Of a DNA stretch of 64,000 bases, positions 39,058 through 48,278 are shown in pieces (position 1 is the stretch's first letter; each line of letters opens with the position of its first letter). This DNA is from Phormidesmis sp. GTDB lineage: Bacteria > Cyanobacteriota > Cyanobacteriia > Leptolyngbyales > Leptolyngbyaceae. Position numbers and translations under genes: made by a program. Under the pieces are notes generated by a model that was not told where the DNA came from, made no database searches, and saw only the letters and a list, made by a program, of their open reading frames with translations. The stretch covers positions 576,001-640,000 of the forward strand of contig CBDFJR010000005.1 of assembly GCA_965248535.1 (NCBI GenBank), given 5' to 3'.

Positions 39058-40068
39058 TTAGAGCGGCAAGGTGTATCCCATGGCTTTTTTGGCTTTAGTC
39101 AAAGTTGCGTTAGCGATCGCTGAGGCTTTTTCGCGGCCGTCTCGCAGCACCGATTCTAAATAGCCGCGATCGTCCATGATCCCCTGATATTTTGCTTGAA
39201 TGGGCTGCAAGGCCGCAATCAGAGTTTCGGTCAACAAGGGTTTGAACTGACCCCAGCCCATATCTTGACATTCTGCGGCCACAGCTTCTTTAGTCTGATT
39301 AGACAAAATCATGTAGAGCGTCAGCAGATTGTTGCATTCGGGACGATCGACATCACCAAACACCAGCCCACGAATCGGGTCTGTTTTGCAGCGCTTGATC
39401 TTGTTTTGAATCACGTCTGGTGGGTCTAGCAAATTGATCCGACTTAACTCAGACGGGTCAGACTTTGACATTTTGCGGGTGCCATCGGTGAGGCTCATCA
39501 CCCGTGCCCCTTCAGCCCGAATCAGGGGAGCAGGACGTTTGAGAACGGGGTGCTCAGGGGTGGCAAACTTGTGATTGAAGCGATCGACTAAATCGCGAGT
39601 CAGTTCTAAATGCTGTTTTTGGTCTTCGCCGACGGGCACTTTATCGGGTTCGTAGAGCAAAATATCGGCCGCCATCAATACAGGATAAGTGAGCAACCCT
39701 GTGCCTACGTCTTGCCCCTGTTTTAGCGCTTTTTCTTTAAACTGGATCATATCTTCTAGCCAGTTGAGCGGCGTGATGCAGCTTAACAACCAAGCCAATT
39801 CAGCGTGAGCCGGAACGTGCGACTGCACAAAAATCGTAGTGTATTGTAAATCTAAGCCGCAAGCGAGGTAGAGCGCAGCGATCGCATAGGTGTCTGCCGC
39901 CAGGGTTTCTGGGTTGTGGGGCACCGTAATTGCATGGAGGTCTGCCAAGAAGAAGTAATTGTCATAGTGACGTTGCCCTTCGACCCAGTTGCGGATGGCT
40001 CCTAGATAATTACCGAGGTGAAGATAGCCCGTGGTTTGAATGCCAGAAAGAACTCGCTGCCTTGTCAT
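39058..40068 (-). CDS. trpS: Tryptophan--tRNA ligase
   Basis: HLGNY (HIGH), YPVLMAADIL, VPVGEDQKQHLE, KMSKS. Confidence 0.97.
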   Translation of the reverse strand: MTRQRVLSGIQTTGYLHLGNYLGAIRNWVEGQRHYDNYFFLADLHAITVPHNPETLAADTYAIAALYLACGLDLQYTTIFVQSHVPAHAELAWLLSCITPLNWLEDMIQFKEKALKQGQDVGTGLLTYPVLMAADILLYEPDKVPVGEDQKQHLELTRDLVDRFNHKFATPEHPVLKRPAPLIRAEGARVMSLTDGTRKMSKSDPSELSRINLLDPPDVIQNKIKRCKTDPIRGLVFGDVDRPECNNLLTLYMILSNQTKEAVAAECQDMGWGQFKPLLTETLIAALQPIQAKYQGIMDDRGYLESVLRDGREKASAIANATLTKAKKAMGYTLPL

Positions 40069-40271
40069 AAGTTTGAGGAATAGAACAGGTGAAAGCGCCT
40101 GTCAATATCGTTAAAAACTGCAAAAACCGAGTCGGGATGCTTAAAAAGCAGGGTGCAGTTCACCTATTATCACCTGCAACCTAACCCTCTAGACTCGATT
40201 TTCAAAGCATTCAGTGTTTAAAGGTTTAGTCTCTATCGATTGCTAACGGTCTTTCTTTTAATCTTGCTTTT

Positions 40272-41216
40272 ATGAATTCTCAACTAAATTCTGGGTTAAA
40301 GCCTTTGGTGGTTGGCTGTTGGCAGATCGACGATCGTAGCTGGAAAGCCATCCCCGAAGCCCAGTTAGAGCGGGCGATCGATACCTATCTTGCGCTGGGG
40401 GTGAAAGGTTTTGACACCGCCGATATCTATGGGCGCAGCGAGCAAGTTTTAGGGCGATTGCTCAAAGGACGAGACACGATCGTGCTCACAAAGGCAGTGT
40501 TTTTTAGCGGAATTCCGACTCCTAATCAAGTTCGCAGCAAGATTGAAAACTCGTTGCGAACGTTGCAGCGCGATCGCCTCGACTATGTTCACGTTCACTG
40601 GCACGATCCGCAGCTTGATTTTTCTTCGACCTTTGCGCTGCTCAATGAGTGGGTTGAGCAAGGCAAAATTGTCAAACTGGGAGTGACCAACTTCGACACG
40701 CCAATGCTAGAAAAAGCGTTGAAAATGGCTCCGATCGCCACCCATCAGGTGCAATATAGTTTGATCGATCGCCGGGTTGAAGCGTCTATGCAGTCCCTCT
40801 GTCTAAAACACAAAATCGGACTGCTGGCCTACGGGCCCTTAGCTGGAGGATTTCTATCCGACAAGTTTCGCAGTGTGAAAGCGCCCCAAAATGCGGCTGA
40901 TCATGCCCGATCCTTTTATTATAGCCAGATGATTCAGGCTCACGGCGGCTGGGCGGCGGTGGGCGATCTGTTGGAAACGCTGGCGCAAGTAGCCCAAAAA
41001 TATGAAAAGACGATCGCTCAGGTTGCTTTAAACTGGGTCAATCAACAGCCGGGCGTAGAAGCCGTGATTTCTGGGCTGACCCTCGATCGCCAGCAGATTC
41101 AGCACAATGTCGAAGCATTTGCCTGGAATCTAGAAGCGGGCGACCTGCAACGGTTGTCAGAGCGATCGTCAACGTTATTTCAACAAGCGGGTGATGTCTA
41201 CTCCTATGAGCGTTAG
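40272..41216 (+). CDS. Aldo/keto reductase
   Basis: FDTADIYG, TK, HW, GVTNF, QVQYSLIDRR, AYGPLAGG, AQVALNW. Confidence 0.9.
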   Translation: MNSQLNSGLKPLVVGCWQIDDRSWKAIPEAQLERAIDTYLALGVKGFDTADIYGRSEQVLGRLLKGRDTIVLTKAVFFSGIPTPNQVRSKIENSLRTLQRDRLDYVHVHWHDPQLDFSSTFALLNEWVEQGKIVKLGVTNFDTPMLEKALKMAPIATHQVQYSLIDRRVEASMQSLCLKHKIGLLAYGPLAGGFLSDKFRSVKAPQNAADHARSFYYSQMIQAHGGWAAVGDLLETLAQVAQKYEKTIAQVALNWVNQQPGVEAVISGLTLDRQQIQHNVEAFAWNLEAGDLQRLSERSSTLFQQAGDVYSYER

Positions 41217-41389
41217 TCACGTCGCTCTTTTGACTCAGAACTCTTTCCTAGACATCGTTCTAAAAGCTCCACTCGATGGAGCCGCCAAAAACGACGCGGG
41301 TTGAGCACCACCGGGTAAGTAAGCTCACCTAGCGGTTGGTTGAGATATTGCCAGAGCGGAAAATCGAGTTTGAGAAGGTTTGAGAGCAT
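41213..41389 (-). CDS. Small cyanobacterial hypothetical protein (58 aa)
   Basis: MLSNLLKLDFPLWQYLNQP...LNPRRFW...LERC resembles small proteins I recall from cyanobacteria; ATG at 41389. Confidence 0.55.
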   Translation of the reverse strand: MLSNLLKLDFPLWQYLNQPLGELTYPVVLNPRRFWRLHRVELLERCLGKSSESKERRD

Positions 41390-41572
41390 GGGGGAGAAGT
41401 CCAGGTAGCAGGGATGAGCAAACGCCCACGCAAAAATCACCTGTCGGGGGTCTGCCAGCCTTAAAGTGCCCAACCCTATGAGCGTTCTCGTGGTAGAGAT
41501 TGCGGAATCTTTTATCTCACCTTTACACAAAAGATCTGTAATTTTTGGGAGCCAGTTTCTTTAGGGTTCGAT

Positions 41573-42751
41573 TCAAGTCTGATTGGGGGCAGAAAGTTGG
41601 ACGATCGCCCGTCCTAGCTGGTCATATTGATCCAACGTGTTGTAGATCTGGGCAGAAATGCGGACTAATCGAGCAGGGGCGGTTGGGTAAGGCACGATCG
41701 GGACTTCGATCCCAAACTTTTCGAGCAGCGCATCCTGTAATTCAACGTAGGAGCCATCTGATAGAGGCACGGTTGCCAAAGCGCCGATCATCTGGTCAGG
41801 ACTGGGAGGCACAACCTTCAGAATTTCGCAGAGAATTTTTCGGGCGGCGATCGCTTTGGTTCGGTTATTTTCCATCAACTCAGTCCAGCCTCCCGGCAAT
41901 AGTGATCCCATAAATCGGATGGCTTCGGGGACGCACAAATAAGCCGTAGGATCATCGGTTCCTGTCCAATCGAACTCTAGACGAAACCGAGAGCGATCGC
42001 GGCGCGGCGAGTTGGCTCCATGACTGATGGTTAACGGCCGAATCTGGGATTGTTTGTCGCGTCTCACATACAAAAAGGCGGCTCCTTTAGGTGCACACAG
42101 CCACTTGTGGCCGTTGCCCGTGTAATAAGTGGGAGCGATCGCCGTCAAATCGATCGCCACCATTCCCGGTGCGTGGGCACCATCGATCAAGGTCTCGACT
42201 CTTTGAGCGGTTAGCGCCTGAATGATTTCGGCGATCGGAAACACTAACCCTGTTTGACTCGTGACGTGATCGAGCAATGCCAGTCGAGTTCTAGGGGTGA
42301 CAGCGTTTAAAATTGGCTCGATCGCCTGCTGAGACGACTCGATCGGGTAGGGAATTTCTGCTACGACGAGGGTGGCACCCGATCGTTCTACTACATAATC
42401 CAGCGCATTTCGACAGGCATTATATTCCTGATTTGTCGTCAGCAGTTCGTCGCCTGGCTCAAACTTCAAAGACCGGAGAACCGTGTTGATGCCCGTCGTT
42501 GCATTGGGCACGAAGGCCAGATCATCCGCATCTGCTCCCACAAATGCCGCTAGGTCGATTCTGGCACGATCGAGCAACGTTTCTAAATCTCGCCCAAAAA
42601 ATTGCAGAGGTTGCCGCTCAATTCGCTGACGTAGCGCCTGCTGCAACTGCATCACAGGCAATGGGCACGCCCCAAACGAGCCATGATTGAGAAAAGCGAT
42701 CGTGGGATCAAGAGTCCAGTAATCAGCCCAAGTAGAAGAGGGATGGATCAT
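41573..42751 (-). CDS. Class V PLP-dependent enzyme (isopenicillin N epimerase / C-S lyase-like)
   Basis: FLNHGSFGACP, NATTGIN, DHVTS, DGAHAPG, GNGHKWLCAPKG. Confidence 0.85.
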   Translation of the reverse strand: MIHPSSTWADYWTLDPTIAFLNHGSFGACPLPVMQLQQALRQRIERQPLQFFGRDLETLLDRARIDLAAFVGADADDLAFVPNATTGINTVLRSLKFEPGDELLTTNQEYNACRNALDYVVERSGATLVVAEIPYPIESSQQAIEPILNAVTPRTRLALLDHVTSQTGLVFPIAEIIQALTAQRVETLIDGAHAPGMVAIDLTAIAPTYYTGNGHKWLCAPKGAAFLYVRRDKQSQIRPLTISHGANSPRRDRSRFRLEFDWTGTDDPTAYLCVPEAIRFMGSLLPGGWTELMENNRTKAIAARKILCEILKVVPPSPDQMIGALATVPLSDGSYVELQDALLEKFGIEVPIVPYPTAPARLVRISAQIYNTLDQYDQLGRAIVQLSAPNQT

Positions 42752-42834
42752 GAGTTATGCCAAGGAGAATCGCAAACTTATCATTCGAGCAACTTTTGAT
42801 GAACAATAGAGATCAACGGAATTGAGGTCAAACG

Positions 42835-43239
42835 ATGGGACAGTGTGAACGGCTGGTGTTGATGGCAGAAGATGAGCTAACCCAATACAGCACTGATGCC
42901 CGCAAGATGGAAAAACTCAGACAGAAGATTGGGCTATCGGTCAACGCCAAAGAACAGCAGGCAGTCAAAGAAACGCTGTTGGCAGAGATGCCCACCGATC
43001 CGATCCGCAAACTGGTTGAGACCCAGCGCCAGACCGTAGCTCTGCCCTTTTGGGGAATCGCGGGTTTGGGACTGTTATTCGGCATCTCGTCCTTTCAACC
43101 TTTAGATTTTATCGCCACGATCGTCGGTGGCGCGATCGCGTTTAACATCCAAAAGTTGGGCTGGCAGCTTCAGGCAAAACGGCTGATCCTCCGCACCTTA
43201 GAAGACATCGAAGAACGGAGGAAAAATCCGACGGCCTAA
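42835..43239 (+). CDS. Conserved hypothetical membrane protein
   Basis: 134-aa ORF with two hydrophobic segments. Confidence 0.65.
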   Translation: MGQCERLVLMAEDELTQYSTDARKMEKLRQKIGLSVNAKEQQAVKETLLAEMPTDPIRKLVETQRQTVALPFWGIAGLGLLFGISSFQPLDFIATIVGGAIAFNIQKLGWQLQAKRLILRTLEDIEERRKNPTA

Positions 43240-43473
43240 GCAGATGATCCCTAGTGATATCTATGCCCGATCGGCAGCCGTTTGAATCTGATGATAATTA
43301 ATACATTGAGACATTCACTCTAACCAGTCTCTAGATAGAGACTATTTGTTGATCAGGGTTTTTGATTAGCAATCTACTAGGAGTGAACTTGCAATCAGAT
43401 TGAGTCCTCAATCTGGTGAAATAGAGTATACGGATACTTCTCTCCAGACAAGCTCATTCACTCTAGGTTGCCT

Positions 43474-44400
43474 ATGTCTATCGCTTCTACGGTTAAGGTC
43501 AAAGTCCCGGCGACGACTGCAAATATTGGGCCGGGGTTTGATTGCTTGGGGGCTGCTCTGACGCTCCATAACCAGTTTCGATTTTCGCGGTCTGATGGAG
43601 CCTCTTTGCAGATCACAGCCACGGGCGCTGAAGCCGATCGGGTGTCTACAGATGCCAGCAATCTCGTCTATCAATCGTTTATCAAGCTCTATCAGCACCT
43701 CGGCAAAACGCCTCCGTCGATACAGATTGAGATTGCGATGGAGGTGCCCCTAGCGCGAGGATTAGGAAGCTCGGCAACGGCGATCGTGGGCGGCTTAGTC
43801 GGTGCTAACACTCTAGCGGGATCGCCCCTCAGCCCAGAAGAAATCATGCAGTTAGCGATCGCCATCGAAGGACACCCGGATAACGTGGTTCCGGCGCTTA
43901 TGGGCGGCTGTCGGCTGGCTGCATCGGGCATCGATCGCGACTGGGAGATCTGTGATATTCCCTGGGATCAATCTATTGTCCCGATCGTGGCGATCCCCAA
44001 CTTTGAGCTTTCTACCGCAGAAGCCCGACGAGTGTTGCCCACCGAATACAGTCGGGCTGACTCAGTTTTTAATGCCGCTCACTTGGGACTGTTGCTGCGG
44101 GGCTTAGAGACCGGATGCGCCAACTGGCTCAAAGCTGCCCTACAAGATCGAATTCATCAACCCTATCGTCAGCCCTTGATTCACGGCTATGAAGCTGTCC
44201 GATCGGCGGCTCTAAGCGCAGGCGCACACGGAATGGTGATTAGCGGCGCAGGGCCGACTCTCTTAGCACTGGCAGGCCCAGCCACCGCAGCAGCCGTTAA
44301 ATCAGCTATGGGCCAGGCTTGGGCCGATCAGGGAGTCAATGGGCAAGTCGAATTGTTGAAGATCGATACCCAGGGCGCGATCGTAGACTCATCGCCTTGA
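43474..44400 (+). CDS. thrB: Homoserine kinase
   Basis: VPATTANIGPGFDCLG, PLARGLGSSA, EGHPDN, DRIHQPYR, SGAGPT. Confidence 0.96.
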   Translation: MSIASTVKVKVPATTANIGPGFDCLGAALTLHNQFRFSRSDGASLQITATGAEADRVSTDASNLVYQSFIKLYQHLGKTPPSIQIEIAMEVPLARGLGSSATAIVGGLVGANTLAGSPLSPEEIMQLAIAIEGHPDNVVPALMGGCRLAASGIDRDWEICDIPWDQSIVPIVAIPNFELSTAEARRVLPTEYSRADSVFNAAHLGLLLRGLETGCANWLKAALQDRIHQPYRQPLIHGYEAVRSAALSAGAHGMVISGAGPTLLALAGPATAAAVKSAMGQAWADQGVNGQVELLKIDTQGAIVDSSP

Positions 44401-44442
44401 CGATCGCGTTAGCCGCATTCTTGACAAAACCTGAATTCAGTA

Positions 44443-44892
44443 CTAAAGTACTAGAGGCAGTCTAGCTGACGTTCTCACCTGCTTACACAGACGCAACTCT
44501 GTCCCCTGACTGTTCCATTCCACTTCGTCAAACACCTGCCGAAGAATGTAAAGCCCACGTCCGCACTCACCCTGATCGCACGGGAGATGACATTCAACCA
44601 CAGGTTGATCTAGGTGAGGCGGCGCAAATCCAGACCCTTGATCGGTGATCACCCACCAATAATAATCAGAGGTCGTCGAGAAATGAACTAAAACTTTCTT
44701 GCGCGGGTCTAAGTTATTGCCGTGTTTGGCAGCATTAACGAGCGCTTCTTGCAAACCTAGTCTGACCTCAGCCTTCCAGTGGTTAGGAACTTTGGCTAAG
44801 AGCAAATCAAGGATCGGAATCAAATAGAGAGTGGATGCAAAGCTAACTGTGTTCCAGTTATGCCCGGTAGGACGAGGTGAAATAGCGATCAC
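44443..44892 (-). CDS. pmgA: RsbW-like anti-sigma regulatory factor PmgA
   Basis: SFASTLYL, RLGLQEALVNAAKHGN, DQGSGF, GRGLYIL; HATPase_c fold, GTG start. Confidence 0.75.
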   Translation of the reverse strand: MIAISPRPTGHNWNTVSFASTLYLIPILDLLLAKVPNHWKAEVRLGLQEALVNAAKHGNNLDPRKKVLVHFSTTSDYYWWVITDQGSGFAPPHLDQPVVECHLPCDQGECGRGLYILRQVFDEVEWNSQGTELRLCKQVRTSARLPLVL

Positions 44893-45227
44893 TCGGAAAA
44901 CCCCGTAGCTTTCAAGTGGATAAGCGTGCTCTTGGCAAGCAATGTGCTCTTAAAACCCATTGCTCTATCCGATTCAAGATTTGGCTATACGATAGTTTAA
45001 ACCTGAGATTTGCAGAATTAGCGCAAATCTCTTAAAGTCTCAGGGCGTGACAGAAACGCAGCCCATCTCAGCGAAGATCTGGCAGAAGGGTTTTCTCACA
45101 GCCCTTACTGAGTAGCTATTTATCTGTATCTACACTATACCAAAGTACGGATAGAAAAGCATCCCTTCTTCAGGGATCGCGCTGCTCTGTCTCCGTAAAT
45201 AACTCTAGAGTCTAAACCGATCTAGGC

Positions 45228-45923
45228 TTATTTACGGGGATAGATCACTTGCTCAAGGCGGCGGAAGTCTCTTTCTACTTCACCCCAAAGCGATCGATTG
45301 TGGGGATCAGTTCGCAGGGCTTTTTTGAGATAGAGCCGGGCTTTCTCAAACTGTTTTTCTTGAATCAGTTGCCGCCCCCAGCTTTGATAGATGATGGCTT
45401 GCCACTGCCGGATCTCGGAGTCAGCAGGAAGCCGTTGGGCTAATCCTTCGATTAAGGCGATCGCTCTAGGAAACCGTTTTTCTCTCAACAACTGCTGTAG
45501 CTGCTCATAGGCGGCTTGCTTAAACTGCTGCTCGACAAAGGAGAGGTTGGGATCAGAGTTAACAGGGCTTGATTTTTGCGGATCTTCTCGGCGCGTTACC
45601 GTCACCTTTGGCTTTGCCCCGCTGTTGGCATCTCCCGTCGCAGCAGGTTCTTTGCGCGTCACCGTAATTTTTGGTTTTACAGCTTCTGATGCAGGGGGCT
45701 GGCGGGTCACTTGCGGCCTATCTTGATCCTCTGGAGGTCTCACTACACCCAGCAAAAACCGATAAGCCTCGGTCACTTGAATAAATTTTTCGTTTGCTTG
45801 GCGATCGTTGGGGTTGACATCGGGGTGAAGCTGCCGCGCCAAACGACGATAGGAGGCCTTGACATCCTCATAGGATGCGCCTGCTCTTAATCCCAATAAT
45901 CGATAACAGTCTGCAATGTTCAT
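45228..45923 (-). CDS. J-domain protein with C-terminal TPR
   Basis: YRRLARQLHPDVNP HPD motif; TPR-like C-terminus. Confidence 0.88.
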   Translation of the reverse strand: MNIADCYRLLGLRAGASYEDVKASYRRLARQLHPDVNPNDRQANEKFIQVTEAYRFLLGVVRPPEDQDRPQVTRQPPASEAVKPKITVTRKEPAATGDANSGAKPKVTVTRREDPQKSSPVNSDPNLSFVEQQFKQAAYEQLQQLLREKRFPRAIALIEGLAQRLPADSEIRQWQAIIYQSWGRQLIQEKQFEKARLYLKKALRTDPHNRSLWGEVERDFRRLEQVIYPRK

Positions 45924-45931
45924 TAATGATG

Positions 45932-45961
45932 AAAAAGGCAGAATTGCTTCAGCATTCTGCC
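45932..45961 (-). terminator. Intrinsic terminator downstream of the clp operon
   Basis: Minus strand GGCAGAATGC-TGAA-GCAATTCTGCC-TTTTT. Confidence 0.7.
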
Positions 45962-46077
45962 ACTTAGAACAAGGAGTAACTCACTAAAGGTAGAAACACC
46001 GCCAGGGCACTGACCGCAGATTGCATCACTCTAACCTCTGGGGGTTGAGTCGTGGTAATCTGCCCTAAGTCTGCCCA

Positions 46078-46674
46078 CTAGTTGACCGATTCGATCACTT
46101 TGTCGATTAGACCATATTCTTTCGATTCTTGAGCCGACAGGAAGTAGTCACGATCGGTATCTTTCTCAATTTTGCTGAGGGGCTGTCCGCTGCGATCGGC
46201 CAAAATCCCATTGAGCTGACTGCGAATGCGGAGAATCTCTCTGGCTTCGATGGCAATGTCGCTGGCTTGGCTGCGTCCGGTGCCACCCAGAGGCTGGTGA
46301 ATCATGATCCGGGCGTGGGGTAGCGCAAATCGTTTGCCCTTGGTTCCGGCAGCTAAGAGAAATGCACCCATTGATGCTGCAAGACCCACACAGATCGTCA
46401 CCACGTCGGATTTGATGTGCTGCATCGTGTCATAGATCGCCATCCCTGCGGTGACAGAGCCACCCGGCGAATTGATGTAGAGCGAGATCGGTTTACCGGG
46501 GTCTTCAGAGTCGAGATAGAGCATGGAAGCGACGATCGCGTTGGCGATGTTATCGTCTACTTCTTGGCTCAAAAAGATAATCCGCTCCAAGCTAAGGCGT
46601 TGATAGATATCAATCCACTGCTCATAGGAGCTACCCGGCAGACGGTAAGGAACTTTAGGAGTACCGATTGGCAT
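46078..46674 (-). CDS. clpP: ATP-dependent Clp protease proteolytic subunit (ClpP3 type, active)
   Basis: [11 protein letters not shown]-terminus; catalytic AASMG, IMIHQP, DTDRD. Confidence 0.95.
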   Translation of the reverse strand: MPIGTPKVPYRLPGSSYEQWIDIYQRLSLERIIFLSQEVDDNIANAIVASMLYLDSEDPGKPISLYINSPGGSVTAGMAIYDTMQHIKSDVVTICVGLAASMGAFLLAAGTKGKRFALPHARIMIHQPLGGTGRSQASDIAIEAREILRIRSQLNGILADRSGQPLSKIEKDTDRDYFLSAQESKEYGLIDKVIESVN

Positions 46675-46700
46675 AGGACAAGTAAGGGGGGTAGAGGAGT

Positions 46701-47330
46701 TTAAGTCAAACGAGATTGGACGGGCGCAGGCAGTTGTGTGGGATCGAGCACCCGATCGATCAGGCCATATTCCTGCGCCGTAGTTGGGGTGAAATAAAGG
46801 CGACGATCGAGGTTTTTGAGAATTTTCTCAGGCGGTTGACCTGTGTTCTCTGCCAAAATTTCGACAAACATGGCGCGATCGGCGACGACTTTTCGAGCGT
46901 CAATCTCGATATCGGTCGCCTGTCCGCTCGTTCGGTTATATTGCGGAGCGAGGACAATCTCTGCGCTGGGCAAGCTTAAGCGAGACCCTTTTGCCCCCGA
47001 AGAAAGCAACATCGCGGCGGTGCCGCCTGCCTGCCCTAAACAGATCGTGTGGACGGGAGACTTGATGTATTGCATCGTGTCATAGATTGCCATGCTAGCA
47101 ACCATGCCTCCCGTTCGCCGTGCCGACTGCTCACCGGGAGAGTTGATGTATAGGAAGATCGGCTTGGTCGAGTCTTCAGAGTTGAGGGAGAGCAGCAGGG
47201 CGACGATGAAATTGGCGAAGTTGTCGTCGATTTCTTCATCTAAAAAGACAATCCGCTCAAAGCTCATGCGGGTGTAGAGATCGACCCACTGCACTTGTTG
47301 ACTGCCCGGAAGGCGATAGGGAACTTGCAT
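46701..47330 (-). CDS. Catalytically inactive ClpP/ClpR-like subunit
   Basis: ClpP fold (ERIVFL, LYINSPG) but GQAGGTAA and EIVLAPQ replace the catalytic Ser and His motifs. Confidence 0.8.
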   Translation of the reverse strand: MQVPYRLPGSQQVQWVDLYTRMSFERIVFLDEEIDDNFANFIVALLLSLNSEDSTKPIFLYINSPGEQSARRTGGMVASMAIYDTMQYIKSPVHTICLGQAGGTAAMLLSSGAKGSRLSLPSAEIVLAPQYNRTSGQATDIEIDARKVVADRAMFVEILAENTGQPPEKILKNLDRRLYFTPTTAQEYGLIDRVLDPTQLPAPVQSRLT

Positions 47331-47368
47331 AAATCCTAGCTGAGAGACAGTGGGCTAACAACGCAACA

Positions 47369-48052
47369 TCAGGTCAGAGCCGGAACAGGGATGGGAAGTT
47401 GTTTGGTGCTTTCTAAAACGATGTCAATCAGCCCATATTCTTTGGCTTCTTGAGGGGTGAGATAGAAGGTGCGATCGGTATCTTTAACAATCTTCTCCGT
47501 CGTCTGCCCCGTGTTTTTTGACAGAATATCCAAAATTGCAGCGCGGTTTTCTAAGACTTCTTTGGCCCGAATTTGAATATCGGTTGCCTGACCGCGTGCG
47601 CCAGAACGCGGCTGATTGAGGACGATCGTGGCGTGAGGTAAGCTAGCCCTCGATCCTTTTGTGCCCGCCGAGAGAATCATAGCGGCAGCGCCAATTGCCT
47701 GACCGATGCAAATCGTATGGACGGGGGGCTTGATGTAGCTCAACGTGTCGCAAACCGCAAAGGCTTCGGTTTCAAACCCGATCGTTTCGCCATCCCAGGA
47801 GGTGCCTGTGGAGTTGATATAAAAGAAGATGGGTTTGTCGGGGTCGTCAAACTGGAGGTAGAGCAACTGAGCAATGATCAGCCGGGTCACGTCTTGACCG
47901 GGGTTGCGGCGATATTCATCGATCGAGTGGAGGGGCCCGCCCAAGTAAACAATGCGCTCTTTTAGCAGCAGTGAGGCTAAGTCAGGGGGTGGCGTGCGAT
48001 AGTAGGCATCGCCATAATTGGTAGACTGAACAGCTTTGATGGGTGATTCCAT
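47369..48052 (-). CDS. clpR: Non-proteolytic Clp subunit ClpR
   Basis: YYRTPPPDLASLLLKERIVYLG, YINSTGT, GFETEAFA; lacks the catalytic Ser/His. Confidence 0.9.
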   Translation of the reverse strand: MESPIKAVQSTNYGDAYYRTPPPDLASLLLKERIVYLGGPLHSIDEYRRNPGQDVTRLIIAQLLYLQFDDPDKPIFFYINSTGTSWDGETIGFETEAFAVCDTLSYIKPPVHTICIGQAIGAAAMILSAGTKGSRASLPHATIVLNQPRSGARGQATDIQIRAKEVLENRAAILDILSKNTGQTTEKIVKDTDRTFYLTPQEAKEYGLIDIVLESTKQLPIPVPALT

Positions 48053-48278
48053 AGCGTAATGAAGCCTCAACGGTGGCGCTTCATCCATAGTAGCGCGGGA
48101 TTAGCCGCTCATGAAGGAGAAGAACGGCAGGGGATGGGCGGAAAACCGGGCTAAAAAGTTTTTTGATCAGGCTGCGGAAAATGCTGGCTCGAACTGTAGT
48201 TAACCGCCGAATGTCTAAAATCTATGGTTTGCTGTGGAGTGGTTTTGGTTCCCCTGCTTAATCTAGGAGCTTCCCGGT

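Noticed and set aside
41390..41520. c-di-GMP-II or SAM riboswitch
   Set aside because: Only a TTGGGCACTT fragment resembles c-di-GMP-II; the downstream GTGCAACC and the SAM-I core elements are missing.
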